A DNA stretch of 64,000 nucleotides from contig CAWFFN010000008.1 in NCBI GenBank assembly GCA_963815115.1, positions 608,001 to 672,000 of the forward strand, written 5' to 3'. Both the position numbers and the translations under genes were made by a program. Below are positions 9,505 to 19,309 of the stretch, piece by piece. The stretch is from an uncultured delta proteobacterium (GTDB taxonomy: Bacteria > Desulfobacterota > Binatia > DP-6). Under the pieces are notes generated by a model that saw only the letters and a list, made by a program, of their open reading frames with translations, had not been told where the DNA came from and searched no databases. How positions within the stretch are numbered: the first letter of the stretch is position 1; each line of letters begins with the position of its first letter.

Positions 9505-10277
9505 TGCGCAACGTCCTCACCATCGCCGGTCGCGAGATCCGCTCGTACTTCTCGTCGCCCGTGGCCTACGTCCTGCTGGCCGTCTTTCTCGCCCTCGCGG
9601 GCTACTTCTTCTGGGCCCTCCTCACCTCGTTCAATCAGATGCTCGCCATCTACAGCATGATGCGCAATCCCGAGATGCTGCAGCGCTTCAACCTGAACGA
9701 GATGGTGATCCGGCCCCTGCTCCAGAACATGGCGGTGCTCCTCATCTTCATCGTCCCGGCGATCACGATGCGCATGTTCCCCGAGGAGAAGCGCGCCGGC
9801 ACCTACGAGCTGCTGCTCACGTCGCCGGTGCGGGTGGGGGAGATCGTCGCCGGAAAGTTTCTCGGCGGCCTCGCCCTGCTGCTGGTGATGATCGCGCTCT
9901 CCAGCATCTTCGGCCTGCTGCTCTCCCTGTACGGCAACCCGGAGATCAGGATGATGCTCGCGGGCTACCTCGGGCTGCTGCTGATGGCGACGAGCTTCCT
10001 CGCCATCGGCACGCTGATCTCGTCGTTCACCGACAACGTCGTCATCGCATACGTGGGCACGCTCTTCACGCTCCTGGTGCTCTACACCATCGGCTGGCTG
10101 GGCGAGACCGTCCAGGGCTTCTGGTCGGGCGTGATCCGGTACGTCTCCATCACCGACCACTTCCAGGAGTTCACCAAGGGCATCATCGACACGAGGGACC
10201 TGGTCTACTTCGCGACCGTCCTCGTGGTGACCCTGTTCCTCACCCACCGATCGGTCGAGTCGGTCCGCTGGAGGTGA
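9504..10277 (+). CDS. ABC-2 permease (GldF-like)
   Basis: TGATG coupling; REIRSYFSSPVAY, EEKRAGTYELLLTSP, GKF. Confidence 0.9.
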   Translation: MRNVLTIAGREIRSYFSSPVAYVLLAVFLALAGYFFWALLTSFNQMLAIYSMMRNPEMLQRFNLNEMVIRPLLQNMAVLLIFIVPAITMRMFPEEKRAGTYELLLTSPVRVGEIVAGKFLGGLALLLVMIALSSIFGLLLSLYGNPEIRMMLAGYLGLLLMATSFLAIGTLISSFTDNVVIAYVGTLFTLLVLYTIGWLGETVQGFWSGVIRYVSITDHFQEFTKGIIDTRDLVYFATVLVVTLFLTHRSVESVRWR

Positions 10278-10280
10278 GTC

Positions 10281-11858
10281 GTGGGTCGGTCCGCCTCGCT
10301 CCTCGGCCTCCTCGGCCTCGTCCTGCTCGCGTTCGGCTTCGTCGCCGCGGCGATCGTCGAGTTCCCTGCCCGCGATCCGTTCGTCCTGGCGAACGTGATC
10401 CTGGGCGCCGGGCTGCTGCTCCTCACCCTCGTCTTCGGGTTCGACAACCTGCGCGGGCTGGTCGGGCAACGCTCGACGCGCTACGGCGCGAGCGCCGCCA
10501 TCTACTCGGCGCTCTTCGTCGCGCTGCTCGTCGGGCTGAGCTATCTCGGCATTCGCCACCACCATCGCTGGGACCTCACCGAGAGCGGCGCCTACACCCT
10601 CTCGCCGCAGTCGAAGAAGGTGGTCGAGGCGCTCAAGGACAAGCTGGTCGTCACGGCCTTCGCCGACGGCGGCGTCAGTCCGCAGCTCGAGACCCTGCTC
10701 GACGGCTATCGGTACCTCTCCCCCGATCAGGTCGAGACCCGCGTGGTCGACCCCGACAAGGAGCCCACGCTCGCCGAGCAGATGAAGATCACCACCGTCC
10801 CGAGCGTGCACCTGCAGTACGGCAAGGAGAGCTTCGTGGTGACGCAGCCGACGGAGGAGACGGTCACCAACGGGATCATCCGCGTCACGCGGAGCGGGAA
10901 GAAGGTCGTGTACTTCACGGAAGGGTTCGGCGAGCCGGACGTGAAGAACGCGGACGACCCGAAGGGATTCTCGGAGGTGAAGCTCGCCCTCGAGCAGGAG
11001 AACTACGAGGTCAAGTCCCTCCTGCTGCCGTCGGTCGAGCAGGTTCCCGACGACGCCAGCGCGGTGGTGCTGGCCGGGCCCACCCGGCCCCTCACCGAGG
11101 CAGCGATCGCGGCGCTCGACGGCTATCTCAAGCGCGGCGGCCACCTGCTCGCGCTCGTCGGCGCGGGTCCGAGCGGCGACAAGGGCAGCGAGAAGCTCAC
11201 GGCCTTCCTCGGCGGCTGGGGCGTCAAGGTGGGCAACGACATCGTGATCGATCGCGAGATGCGGCTCTTCGAAGGCCCTCGCCTGGGGGTCGTGCCGCTC
11301 TCCCGCACCTACGGCACCCATCCCGTCACGCAGGGCTTCAAGGACTACACGGTCTTCCCACAGACCCGCAGCGTCGAGCCCGCGGCCGAGGGCAAGAAGG
11401 GCCTCCAGGCCACGTGGCTGGTCAAGACGAGCGAGTCGAGCTGGGCCGAGACCGACGTCGACGGCGTCTTCGCCAAGGGCGTTGCGACCCTGGACCAGAC
11501 CGACCGCAAGGGTCCGGTGTCGATCGCGGTCGCGGTCACCGCGAACCTGAAGGAGCTCGGGGCGAATCCGCCCCAGGGCGTCACGGACGCGCGGCTCGTC
11601 GTGTTCGGCAGTGCCCTCTTCGCCGACAACCAGCAGATCGAGCAGTCCCGGCTGAACGGCGACCTGTTCCTGAACGCGGTCGGCTGGCTGGTCGGACAGG
11701 AGGACCTGATCTCCATCCGCAGCCAGAGCGTGCGCGCCTCGCGCGCCGACCTGACGCCGGCCCAGGCCCCCCAGGTCTTCTACCTCTCCGTGTTCATCAT
11801 CCCCGAGCTGCTGATCGCCCTCGGCATCTGGGTGTGGTGGCGGCGGAGAGCGGCGTGA
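10281..11858 (+). CDS. GldG-like ABC auxiliary component
   Basis: RWDLTESGAYTLS, VYFTEGFGE, NGDLFLNAVGWL, C-terminal TM plus WWRRR. Confidence 0.88.
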   Translation: MGRSASLLGLLGLVLLAFGFVAAAIVEFPARDPFVLANVILGAGLLLLTLVFGFDNLRGLVGQRSTRYGASAAIYSALFVALLVGLSYLGIRHHHRWDLTESGAYTLSPQSKKVVEALKDKLVVTAFADGGVSPQLETLLDGYRYLSPDQVETRVVDPDKEPTLAEQMKITTVPSVHLQYGKESFVVTQPTEETVTNGIIRVTRSGKKVVYFTEGFGEPDVKNADDPKGFSEVKLALEQENYEVKSLLLPSVEQVPDDASAVVLAGPTRPLTEAAIAALDGYLKRGGHLLALVGAGPSGDKGSEKLTAFLGGWGVKVGNDIVIDREMRLFEGPRLGVVPLSRTYGTHPVTQGFKDYTVFPQTRSVEPAAEGKKGLQATWLVKTSESSWAETDVDGVFAKGVATLDQTDRKGPVSIAVAVTANLKELGANPPQGVTDARLVVFGSALFADNQQIEQSRLNGDLFLNAVGWLVGQEDLISIRSQSVRASRADLTPAQAPQVFYLSVFIIPELLIALGIWVWWRRRAA

Positions 11859-13246
11859 AGCTCGGCCGGATAGCAATTCTCTTCCTGCTGGTGGCGGCTC
11901 TCGGCGCCTACCTCTACTGGGTGGAGGTTCCGAAGTCCCGCGAGGAGTCCACCAAGGCCAAACTGGTCGACACGACCGCCGACGCCATCACGAGCGTCGA
12001 CCTGGTGTTCCCGGACCGCGAGATCGCGCTCGCCAAGCACGACGGCGCCTGGCGTCTCACCAAGCCGCTGGAAGCACCCGCCGACGAGGGAGCGGTGAAG
12101 GCGCTGATCGGGGCGATCACCGGCGCCGAGGTGCAGAAGACGCTGGACGAGGCCCCGAGCGATCTCGCCAGCTTCGGGCTCGACGCCCCCGATCCCACGG
12201 TGCGACTGGCGACGGCCTCCGGCGACCTGCCGCCGATCGCCGTCGGCAAGAACGCCGCCATCGGCGGCAAGGCGTACGTGCGGGTCGGCGAGGGCAAGAT
12301 CGTCCTGACCCCCGCGACGCTCAGGGTCGCGCTCAACAAGCAGCCGAAGGACCTGCGCGACAAGCAGCTGCTCACCTTCAAGGACGATGACGTCACCCGG
12401 GTCGACGTCAAGCCGGCGGACGGCAAGCCGGTGAGCATCGTCAAGAAGGACAAGGACGCCTGGACCATCGAGCCCGGCGACCAGGTGGCCGATTTGACGG
12501 AGGTGCGCTCGTACCTCTCGGCGCTGCGCTCGACGCGCGCGGTGGACTTTCCTGAGACCGATCTCGCCGCCGCCGGTCTCGACAAGCCGCGGCTCACGGT
12601 GACGGTGGCCTTCGACAAGGGCGCGACGCCCCAGACGCTGCTCGTCGGCAACGACACCACGCAGGGCACCCAGAAGCAGGTCTTCGCGAAGCGCGGCGAT
12701 CAGCCCACGATCGTCACGCTCGGCGACTGGTCGTTCCGCACCCTCGGCAAGGACGCCTGGCAGTTCCGTGACAAGACGGTGCTCGGCTTCAGCGCCGACC
12801 GCGTCGGTCGCATCGTGGTCGAGCGCAAGGAGGGCACCGGCGCCACGCTCGTGCACGGCGAGCCGGGAGGGTGGAAGGTCGACGGCCAGGAGCAATCGAA
12901 GGCCGGCGCCCTCCAGCGCTTCGTCGACGACCTCCGCGACCTGCGCGGTTCGGGCATCGCGGCCGAGCCGCCGAAGGACCTGAAGACCTTCGGCCTCGAG
13001 GCCCCCGATCTCCGGGTGACGCTGAGCGATCGCGACGGCAAGCCGCTCGGCGTGGTTCTGCTCGCCAAGCACGGCGGCAAGTACTACGGCATGCGCGAGG
13101 GCGGTCCGACGGTGTTCGAGATCCGCGACTACATGTACACCCGCCTCGACAAGCAGCAGCGGGACTTCGTCGGACCGGAAGAGCCGCCGGCGACGGCGCC
13201 GGTGCCGGGCGGGCAGCCAGAGCCTGACGAGGACGAGCCGGAGTGA
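11855..13246 (+). CDS. DUF4340 domain protein (repeated domains)
   Basis: GTGA overlap; N-terminal anchor; three repeats with (F/A)GL..P and (L/F)RDK motifs; usual partner of GldG-like genes. Confidence 0.8.
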   Translation: MKLGRIAILFLLVAALGAYLYWVEVPKSREESTKAKLVDTTADAITSVDLVFPDREIALAKHDGAWRLTKPLEAPADEGAVKALIGAITGAEVQKTLDEAPSDLASFGLDAPDPTVRLATASGDLPPIAVGKNAAIGGKAYVRVGEGKIVLTPATLRVALNKQPKDLRDKQLLTFKDDDVTRVDVKPADGKPVSIVKKDKDAWTIEPGDQVADLTEVRSYLSALRSTRAVDFPETDLAAAGLDKPRLTVTVAFDKGATPQTLLVGNDTTQGTQKQVFAKRGDQPTIVTLGDWSFRTLGKDAWQFRDKTVLGFSADRVGRIVVERKEGTGATLVHGEPGGWKVDGQEQSKAGALQRFVDDLRDLRGSGIAAEPPKDLKTFGLEAPDLRVTLSDRDGKPLGVVLLAKHGGKYYGMREGGPTVFEIRDYMYTRLDKQQRDFVGPEEPPATAPVPGGQPEPDEDEPE

Positions 13247-13396
13247 GGGGCGCGGTTGCCGGGGCGGGTACTCTGCTCGCTCGCGGTCCTCGGTGCACGC
13301 GCGCGGCGTAGGTCGGGGCGTCCCCCCGTTGGCCGCAGGCGCGCGCGGCACCTGCGGGCTCGCTCGGCAGCGCACCCGCCCCGCCGACGCGGCTGC

Positions 13397-14461
13397 TCAG
13401 CCTCGTGCGAGATCGCGAAGGTGGGCGAGCAGAACGTCGATCTCCTCGTCGCTGCCGACGGTGATGCGAAGCGCGTCCCGTAGCCTCGGGGTGGGGAAGT
13501 GGCGGACTAGCACTCCGCGGTCGGCGAGGGTGGCGGCGAGCGGGGCCTGGTCGATGCCGGGGCGGCGAGCGAGGAGGAAGTTGGCCGATGATTCCGGGAC
13601 CTCGTAGCCGAGGTGCTCGAGCTCGGCGGTGAGGCGGGCGCGGGTCGCCCGGATGCGGGCGACGTTGGCGCGCATGTGCGGCAGATCGGCGAGCGCCGCC
13701 TCGGCGGCGAGCTGGGTCAGGCGGTTGACGTTGTACGAGTCCCTCACCGTGCGCACGCCGGCGAGCAGCTCGGGGTGCCCGAAGGCGAGGCCCGCGCGCA
13801 GGCCGGCGAGGGAGAACGCCTTGGACAGGGTGCGCAGCACGACGACGTTCGGCAGACGCCCCACCAGCGCCATGGCGTCGTCGTCGGCGAAGTCGACGTA
13901 GGCCTCGTCCACCACGAGCACCCCCGCCACCGCTCGGGCCAGCGCCTCCACGTCGCGCCGGGGCACCGCCGTCCCGGACGGCGAGTTCGGATTGCAGAGG
14001 AACGTCAGGCGCGCCGCTGCCGACGCGAGCGCCGGCGGAACGCCCCAGTCCTCCGCATAGTCGACGCAGACCACCTCGCCACCCTGCACCGCCACCAGGG
14101 TCTGGTAGAGGCTGTAGGTCGGCACGGCGAAGGCCACGCGGTCGCCGGGATCGACGGTGGCCCGGAGCAGCAGCGCGAGCAGCTCGTCGGATCCATTGCC
14201 GGCGAGGATGTGATCTGCCGGCACGCCGTAGACCGCCGACGCGCGCGCGCGCAGCGACTGCGCCTCGGGATCGGGGTAGAGGCGGATCGTTCCGTCGGCC
14301 GCGCTGCGCAGGACGTCGAGCACGGCCGGCGACGGCGGGTACGGGTTTTCGTTGGTGTTGAGCTTGATGACGCGGCGGCCAGCAGCAGGCTGCTCGCCGG
14401 GAACGTAGGCGGCCACACCGCGCACGGCGGGACGGAGCCATTCGGCAGGACGCAACGTCAC
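13397..14461 (-). CDS. hisC: Histidinol-phosphate aminotransferase
   Basis: KLNTNENPY, GNGSDE, CNPNSPSG, DEAYVDF, RTLSKAFSLAGLR. Confidence 0.93.
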   Translation of the reverse strand: MTLRPAEWLRPAVRGVAAYVPGEQPAAGRRVIKLNTNENPYPPSPAVLDVLRSAADGTIRLYPDPEAQSLRARASAVYGVPADHILAGNGSDELLALLLRATVDPGDRVAFAVPTYSLYQTLVAVQGGEVVCVDYAEDWGVPPALASAAARLTFLCNPNSPSGTAVPRRDVEALARAVAGVLVVDEAYVDFADDDAMALVGRLPNVVVLRTLSKAFSLAGLRAGLAFGHPELLAGVRTVRDSYNVNRLTQLAAEAALADLPHMRANVARIRATRARLTAELEHLGYEVPESSANFLLARRPGIDQAPLAATLADRGVLVRHFPTPRLRDALRITVGSDEEIDVLLAHLRDLARG

Positions 14462-14468
14462 GGCGGCG

Positions 14469-14497
14469 ACGGTAGTGGCGCCTCCGGTGGTTTGCAA
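14469..14497 (-). promoter_or_regulatory. sigma70-like promoter, leaderless hisC
   Basis: TTGCAA-N17-TACCGT, 7 nt before GTG 14461, no SD. Confidence 0.5.
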
Positions 14498-14517
14498 GGC
14501 ACGGGCCATCGCGTGCA

Positions 14518-16296
14518 TTGACAGCGCGGCGGCGCCTGACGCATTGGCTCTCGGTGCTGCGCGCCGCGACACGGCTCGTCGGGCCGTTGCTGCTCTACGG
14601 CGCGGTGGTGTGCTGGCTCACCTGGCCGCTGGCGGCGCGGCTCGGAACGCACCTGCCGGCGACCGCCATCGCCTGCAACTTCGACACCCTCTACACGGGG
14701 TGGGCGCTCGCCTGGCAGACCCATGCGATCGGCGCCGCCGGCACGGCGTTGCTGGGCGCCAACATCTACCACCCGGCTCCAAACGCGCTTCTCTACGGGC
14801 CGCCCGCCTTCGGGGCCGTGCCGTACTTCGGCGCCGTGTTCGTCCCGACCGGCAACCCGACCCTCGCGCTCAACGTGCTCTTCCTCGGCGCGGTCGCGGT
14901 CGCGGCCGCGCTGGTGCACGCGGTGGTACGGAGCTGGACCGGCACGGCCGCCGCGGGCTTCGTCGCGGGCAGCGCCTTTCTCGCCAGCCGCTGGCTCTTC
15001 TGGGACTTCGTTCCCACGGCGCCGCAGTTCGCGGTGGTGTTCTACATCCCGCTCATCGTGCAGATCGCGAGCGCGCCGCGCCTCACGTGGCGCGCGGCGC
15101 TCCTGCTCTTCCTGCTCGTCTTCCTCCAGGGGCTCAGCGAGATCGTCTACCTGGCCCCGGCCGTCATGCTGCCGCTGGGCGTGATCGCCGTCGCGCGGCT
15201 GGCCCGCCCTCGCACACGCCGCGATGGCCTCGCCTTGCTCGCCGTGGTCGGGAGCGCATCGCTCCTCCTGATCGGACTGCACTGGCCGTACTTCGCCCTC
15301 GTGCGCCGGACCCCCGATCTCTCGAGCCAGTCGTTCTGGCCCACCTTCGAGCCGCGCCCGCTGGAGCTGCCGTGGGATCTGCTGGGTACCTACTCGCCCA
15401 TCGCCGTCCCCGGCGTCGCCCTGCTTCTCATCGCCGCAGGCGGCATGAAGGTGATCGTGCGGCGCCTGCGCCGCGGACCGGACGCCACGGATCGTCTGTG
15501 GAAGCACGCCGCGCTCTGGGTGGTCGTCGGGACGGCCATGTCGCTGCGCGAGCGCGTCGCCTGGCGAGGCATGGTGGTCACGCTGCCCCACCTCGCCCTG
15601 GCGCGGTCGTGGTTTCCCGCCGTCTCCGTCATCCGCGAGCCCCGGCGCCTCGCGGTGGTCGCTCTCGTCGGACTGGCCTTCCTCGCCGGTCTGGCGCTCG
15701 CCGAGCTGCTTCCGTCCGGTACGAGGCGCCCTCGAATCCGCTTCGCGCACGGCGCCGTCGCGGTCGGACTGGCGGCGCTGATGTACCTGCAGTACGCGCG
15801 CGCCATCTGGGAGCCGGAGGGGTACGGACAGCCCCTGCCGGCCGCCTATCCGCTGCAGGAGGCGATCCGCGGAGACTCGGCGGTGCTGCGCGCATTGCGA
15901 GAGGCGGCAGGACCGACGATCGAGCTGCCGCTCTGGCCCCCGCAGCCGACGATCCCGCCCTATCACGCCGTGCCCATGTACCGATCGATCTTTCACTGGC
16001 AGCCGCTCCTGAACGGCTACTCCTCGTACTGGCCTCGGGAGTTTCCCGAGCTCATGACGCTCGCGGCACGGCTGCCTGATCCGCAGGCGGTGCAGGACCT
16101 CCGCCGCCGCACCGCATTGCGCTTCGTGCTCGTCCGGCTGACCGCGCGCCTGTGGAACGAGGAGCGACTCGAGCCGCTCCGTCAGCTGTGGCGGGACATC
16201 GCCGCGCGGCACGACCGCCCCGATCTCGAGCTGGTGGCAGCGGACGACGAGCTGATGCTCTTTCGCGTGACCGAGGGCCCGGTCACGTCCCCCTGA
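14518..16296 (+). CDS. Polytopic membrane protein, GT-C/YfhO-like glycosyltransferase candidate
   Basis: TWPLA...ANIYHP N-terminal pattern, many TMs, REPRR, periplasmic HWQPLLNGYSSY; start uncertain. Confidence 0.6.
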   Translation: MTARRRLTHWLSVLRAATRLVGPLLLYGAVVCWLTWPLAARLGTHLPATAIACNFDTLYTGWALAWQTHAIGAAGTALLGANIYHPAPNALLYGPPAFGAVPYFGAVFVPTGNPTLALNVLFLGAVAVAAALVHAVVRSWTGTAAAGFVAGSAFLASRWLFWDFVPTAPQFAVVFYIPLIVQIASAPRLTWRAALLLFLLVFLQGLSEIVYLAPAVMLPLGVIAVARLARPRTRRDGLALLAVVGSASLLLIGLHWPYFALVRRTPDLSSQSFWPTFEPRPLELPWDLLGTYSPIAVPGVALLLIAAGGMKVIVRRLRRGPDATDRLWKHAALWVVVGTAMSLRERVAWRGMVVTLPHLALARSWFPAVSVIREPRRLAVVALVGLAFLAGLALAELLPSGTRRPRIRFAHGAVAVGLAALMYLQYARAIWEPEGYGQPLPAAYPLQEAIRGDSAVLRALREAAGPTIELPLWPPQPTIPPYHAVPMYRSIFHWQPLLNGYSSYWPREFPELMTLAARLPDPQAVQDLRRRTALRFVLVRLTARLWNEERLEPLRQLWRDIAARHDRPDLELVAADDELMLFRVTEGPVTSP

Positions 16297-16299
16297 CGT

Positions 16300-16689
16300 T
16301 CAGAGCAGGAAGTTGCCGGTTCCGGCAGCGACCGGGCGTGCCGGGTCGTCCTGCCAGGCGAGCACGCGAACGTTGGCGATGCGTCTCCCGTGCTTCACGA
16401 TCTCGGCGCGGCCGCGCGTGTCGCGCGGGCCGGCCGAGCGCAGGTAGTCGACGCTGAAGTTGATCGGCTTCGGCACGCGCTCGCTATCCGCGAGCTCGAT
16501 CGCCTGCACGAGCGCCGTCAGCTCGAGGAATGCGCCGACGACGCCGCCGTGCAGCGCCGGCAGCGCGACGTTCCCGACCAGATCGTCACGGAAGGGGAGC
16601 ACGCAGACGATGCCCTGGGCGTCGTCCTCGATGCGGACACCGAGAAACCCGGCGTAGGGAATCACCGCCAGCGCCTGCCGCCCCCTCAC
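16300..16689 (-). CDS. PaaI family thioesterase
   Basis: LVGN...LHGGVV, SVDYLR hotdog motifs. Confidence 0.85.
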   Translation of the reverse strand: MRGRQALAVIPYAGFLGVRIEDDAQGIVCVLPFRDDLVGNVALPALHGGVVGAFLELTALVQAIELADSERVPKPINFSVDYLRSAGPRDTRGRAEIVKHGRRIANVRVLAWQDDPARPVAAGTGNFLL

Positions 16690-17189
16690 TTGGCCTCCTC
16701 CAGCCGCTTCCGTACGGCGCGCGCCACGGGGCTCACGCTCTGGTTGGCCCCGATCATGAACGTACCGAGGGCGCTCGCGAAGGGATCGTCTGGCCCGTGC
16801 TCCCAGGCGGTCGCGCGCACGAAGGCGACGTGGGTGGTGAGCTTGTAGCAGTGCGCCTGTCCGACCAGGTCGCGCCCGGGCTCCGCCGCGCGCAGGTAGT
16901 CGATGCGGAGATCGAGCGTGGCGATCGCCTTCAGCTCCGTGAGGCTGCAGAACACGGCGAGACCGGAGGCGTGGTCGATGAGTGTCGTGATCACTCCACC
17001 GAAGACGACCCGCCGGACCGGGTCGCCCACCAGCTCGTCACGGTAGGGCAGTCGCACCGTCGCGGTCTGCGGACCGACCTCCACCACCTCCATCCCGAGC
17101 CGACGGCAGTGCGGGATGTGATCGATCAGCTCGCGCCGGGCCGAGCCGAACAGCTCGGCGAGCGCGTACCGCCCCGGTGCATCCGACAC
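16686..17189 (-). CDS. PaaI family thioesterase
   Basis: LVGDP...FGGVITTLID, ATLDLRIDYLR; start estimated at GTG 17189. Confidence 0.85.
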   Translation of the reverse strand: MSDAPGRYALAELFGSARRELIDHIPHCRRLGMEVVEVGPQTATVRLPYRDELVGDPVRRVVFGGVITTLIDHASGLAVFCSLTELKAIATLDLRIDYLRAAEPGRDLVGQAHCYKLTTHVAFVRATAWEHGPDDPFASALGTFMIGANQSVSPVARAVRKRLEEAK

Positions 17190-17278
17190 GCCGCATGCGA
17201 GTAACGCGAAGGTGGCCACACCGCAACCGGTCGATCCGAGGGTGCATCGGGCCGGGGCTCCTGCTAGACGGATCCACG

Positions 17279-18040
17279 ATGCCCAGCGAGGTCTGGAATC
17301 CGGATCAGTACGATCGCTTCCGGCGCGAGCGGCAGCAACCGTTCTTCGATCTGCTCGCACTGCTGCGTCCCGCGAAGGAGCCGCGCGTGGTCGACCTGGG
17401 CTGCGGCACCGGGGAGCTGACTCGCGAGCTCCATCACCGGCTCGGCGCCCGTGAGACCATCGGCGTGGACAGCTCGGCGGCCATGCTGGAACGCGCCGCC
17501 GCGCACGACGGCGGCGGCCTGCGATTCGAGCGCGGCGACATCGCCGACTTCTGCGCCGACGACGCCTTCGACCTGATCTTCTCGAACGCGGCGCTGCACT
17601 GGCTCCCCGATCACGAAGCGCTCATCGGTCGCCTCTCGCGCGCGCTCCGGCCGGGCGGCCAGCTCGCGGTGCAGGTGCCCGCGAACCACGACCACGCCTC
17701 GCACGTCACGGCGGCGGAGGTCGCGACGGAGATGGGCCTCTCGCCGCACATCCCGCAGGTGCTGCTGCCCGAGTCGTACGCCTCCATCCTGGGCCGTGCC
17801 GGCTACGCGGAGCAGCACGTTCGCCTGCAGGTCTACCTCCACCGCCTCGACTCCCGCGAGGCGGTCGTGGAATGGGTGAAGGGCACGCTCCTCACCGACT
17901 ATGCGCGCCGCCTGTCGGAGGACGCCTACGCCGACTTCCTCGCCCGCTACCGTGCGCGTCTGCTCCCCAAGCTCGAGGATGCCCGGCCCTACCTGTTCAC
18001 CTTCAAGCGCATTCACCTCTGGGCTCAGAGGTCACCATGA
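17279..18040 (+). CDS. tam: Trans-aconitate 2-methyltransferase
   Basis: WNPDQY..F..ER.QPFFDL, VDLGCGTG, SNAALHW, QVPAN, WVKGT. Confidence 0.85.
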   Translation: MPSEVWNPDQYDRFRRERQQPFFDLLALLRPAKEPRVVDLGCGTGELTRELHHRLGARETIGVDSSAAMLERAAAHDGGGLRFERGDIADFCADDAFDLIFSNAALHWLPDHEALIGRLSRALRPGGQLAVQVPANHDHASHVTAAEVATEMGLSPHIPQVLLPESYASILGRAGYAEQHVRLQVYLHRLDSREAVVEWVKGTLLTDYARRLSEDAYADFLARYRARLLPKLEDARPYLFTFKRIHLWAQRSP

Positions 18041-18120
18041 GGAGGCCCGTCCACATTCTGCTCCAGACCACCATGCCAGCGGCGCGCCGCTCTGGGACGT
18101 CGCCATCGTCCGCAATCGGC

Positions 18121-18153
18121 TTGACGGGCCATGTTGACAAGGCTAGTCTAGCC
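18121..18153 (+). promoter_or_regulatory. TA promoter with operator palindrome (leaderless)
   Basis: TTGACG-N17-TAGTCT 6 nt before ATG 18156; palindrome GGCTAG-T-CTAGCC over the -10. Confidence 0.65.
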
Positions 18154-18155
18154 AG

Positions 18156-18434
18156 ATGAAGACGGCTCCGGTGACCGACCTGAAGAACCGGCTCAGTCAC
18201 TACCTGCGACTGGTCGCTCGGGGAGAGAGCGTGACCATCCTCGACCGGGGGCGTCCGGTCGCCCGCTTGAGCCGTGTCGAAGCGGCTGACGCCGAGCTGG
18301 ATGCACTGGTGGCATCGGGGCTGGCACGGCCCCCCGTCGCGGCGTTGCCGAAGGATTTCCTGGTCCGTCGGCTGCCACGGCCGAAGGTCTCCGTACGGCG
18401 TGCCCTGATCGAGGACCGCGAAGATCGCTTCTGA
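18156..18434 (+). CDS. Phd/YefM family antitoxin
   Basis: DLKNRLSHYLRLVARGESVTILDRGRPVARL. Confidence 0.9.
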   Translation: MKTAPVTDLKNRLSHYLRLVARGESVTILDRGRPVARLSRVEAADAELDALVASGLARPPVAALPKDFLVRRLPRPKVSVRRALIEDREDRF

Positions 18435-18437
18435 GCC

Positions 18438-18860
18438 GTGCAGTACTGGGACGCATCCGCCCTCGTCTCGTTGTGCGTCGACGAGGGTGACGTCGGCAGG
18501 TTGCGAAAGCTCGCTGGCGCTGGCCTCGTCACCTGGAGCGTGTCGGCCGTGGAAATCGCCTCGGCGATCGAACGCCGGACGCGTGAAGGGAAGCTGACGC
18601 ACGCCGAGCACACCGCGGCACACGCCGCGCTGAGTGACCTCGCCGCGGCCTGGACCGAGATCTCTGCGCTCGGCCCGGTACGCGATCGCGCGATGCGCCT
18701 CGTCGCCACGCACGCCCTGCGGGCGGCGGATGCGATGCAGCTCGGCGCTGCTCTGGTCGCCGTCGGTGATCGCCCCCGCGGGCATGCGTTCGTGTGCGCG
18801 GATCGGCGGCTGCGCGACGCCGCGCTCCGCGAAGGCTTCGACGTCCTCCCCGAAGGCTAG
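18438..18860 (+). CDS. vapC: VapC PIN-domain toxin
   Basis: YWDASAL, VEIASA, LRAADAMQL, CADRRL acidic PIN residues. Confidence 0.88.
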   Translation: MQYWDASALVSLCVDEGDVGRLRKLAGAGLVTWSVSAVEIASAIERRTREGKLTHAEHTAAHAALSDLAAAWTEISALGPVRDRAMRLVATHALRAADAMQLGAALVAVGDRPRGHAFVCADRRLRDAALREGFDVLPEG

Positions 18861-18909
18861 AGGGTCTCGAGCTCGGCCCGCCCGCTCCGCGGGCCAAAGC
18901 CCGAGCCCT

Positions 18910-19305
18910 TCAGGCGTCGTCCTCCGGTGTCTCCGACGGGAGACGCGGCAAGACGCGCAGGCTGGTCCATCGCCTGAGCTGCACCTTGCCGGGGGCGTAG
19001 CCGCGTGGCTTGCGCACGTCCGCCACGCGGCAGACGTGCACCTCGACCTTGCCGGCGCCGCGGCCCTTCGAGTGCCACGCCGCGAGCTCGGCGGCGCGCT
19101 GGAGGACCGGGCGCGGCAGCGACGCCAGCCCGTCGGGGTTGCGCACGATCACGTGGCTCCCGGAGTGTCCGGCGACGTGCAGCCACCAGTCTCGAGGATC
19201 GGCCACGCCGAACGTCAGCCGGTCGTTCTCGGCGTCGCCCTTGCCGACGAGCACCTCGAACCCCTCGACCTCGAGCCGCCGGTAGCCGCGGCCCTTGCTC
19301 GCCAC
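18910..19305 (-). CDS. Stand-alone NFACT RNA-binding domain protein (DUF814)
   Basis: VLVGKGDAENDRLT, DWWLHVAGHSGSHV, AAELAAWHSK, VRKPRG..PG; start uncertain. Confidence 0.8.
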   Translation of the reverse strand: MASKGRGYRRLEVEGFEVLVGKGDAENDRLTFGVADPRDWWLHVAGHSGSHVIVRNPDGLASLPRPVLQRAAELAAWHSKGRGAGKVEVHVCRVADVRKPRGYAPGKVQLRRWTSLRVLPRLPSETPEDDA

Positions 19306-19309
19306 GGCC

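Noticed and set aside
18861-18910. Imperfect hairpin between vapC and the NFACT-R gene
   Set aside because: Probably an ordinary terminator-like stem between convergent genes; no U-tract or second copy to support more
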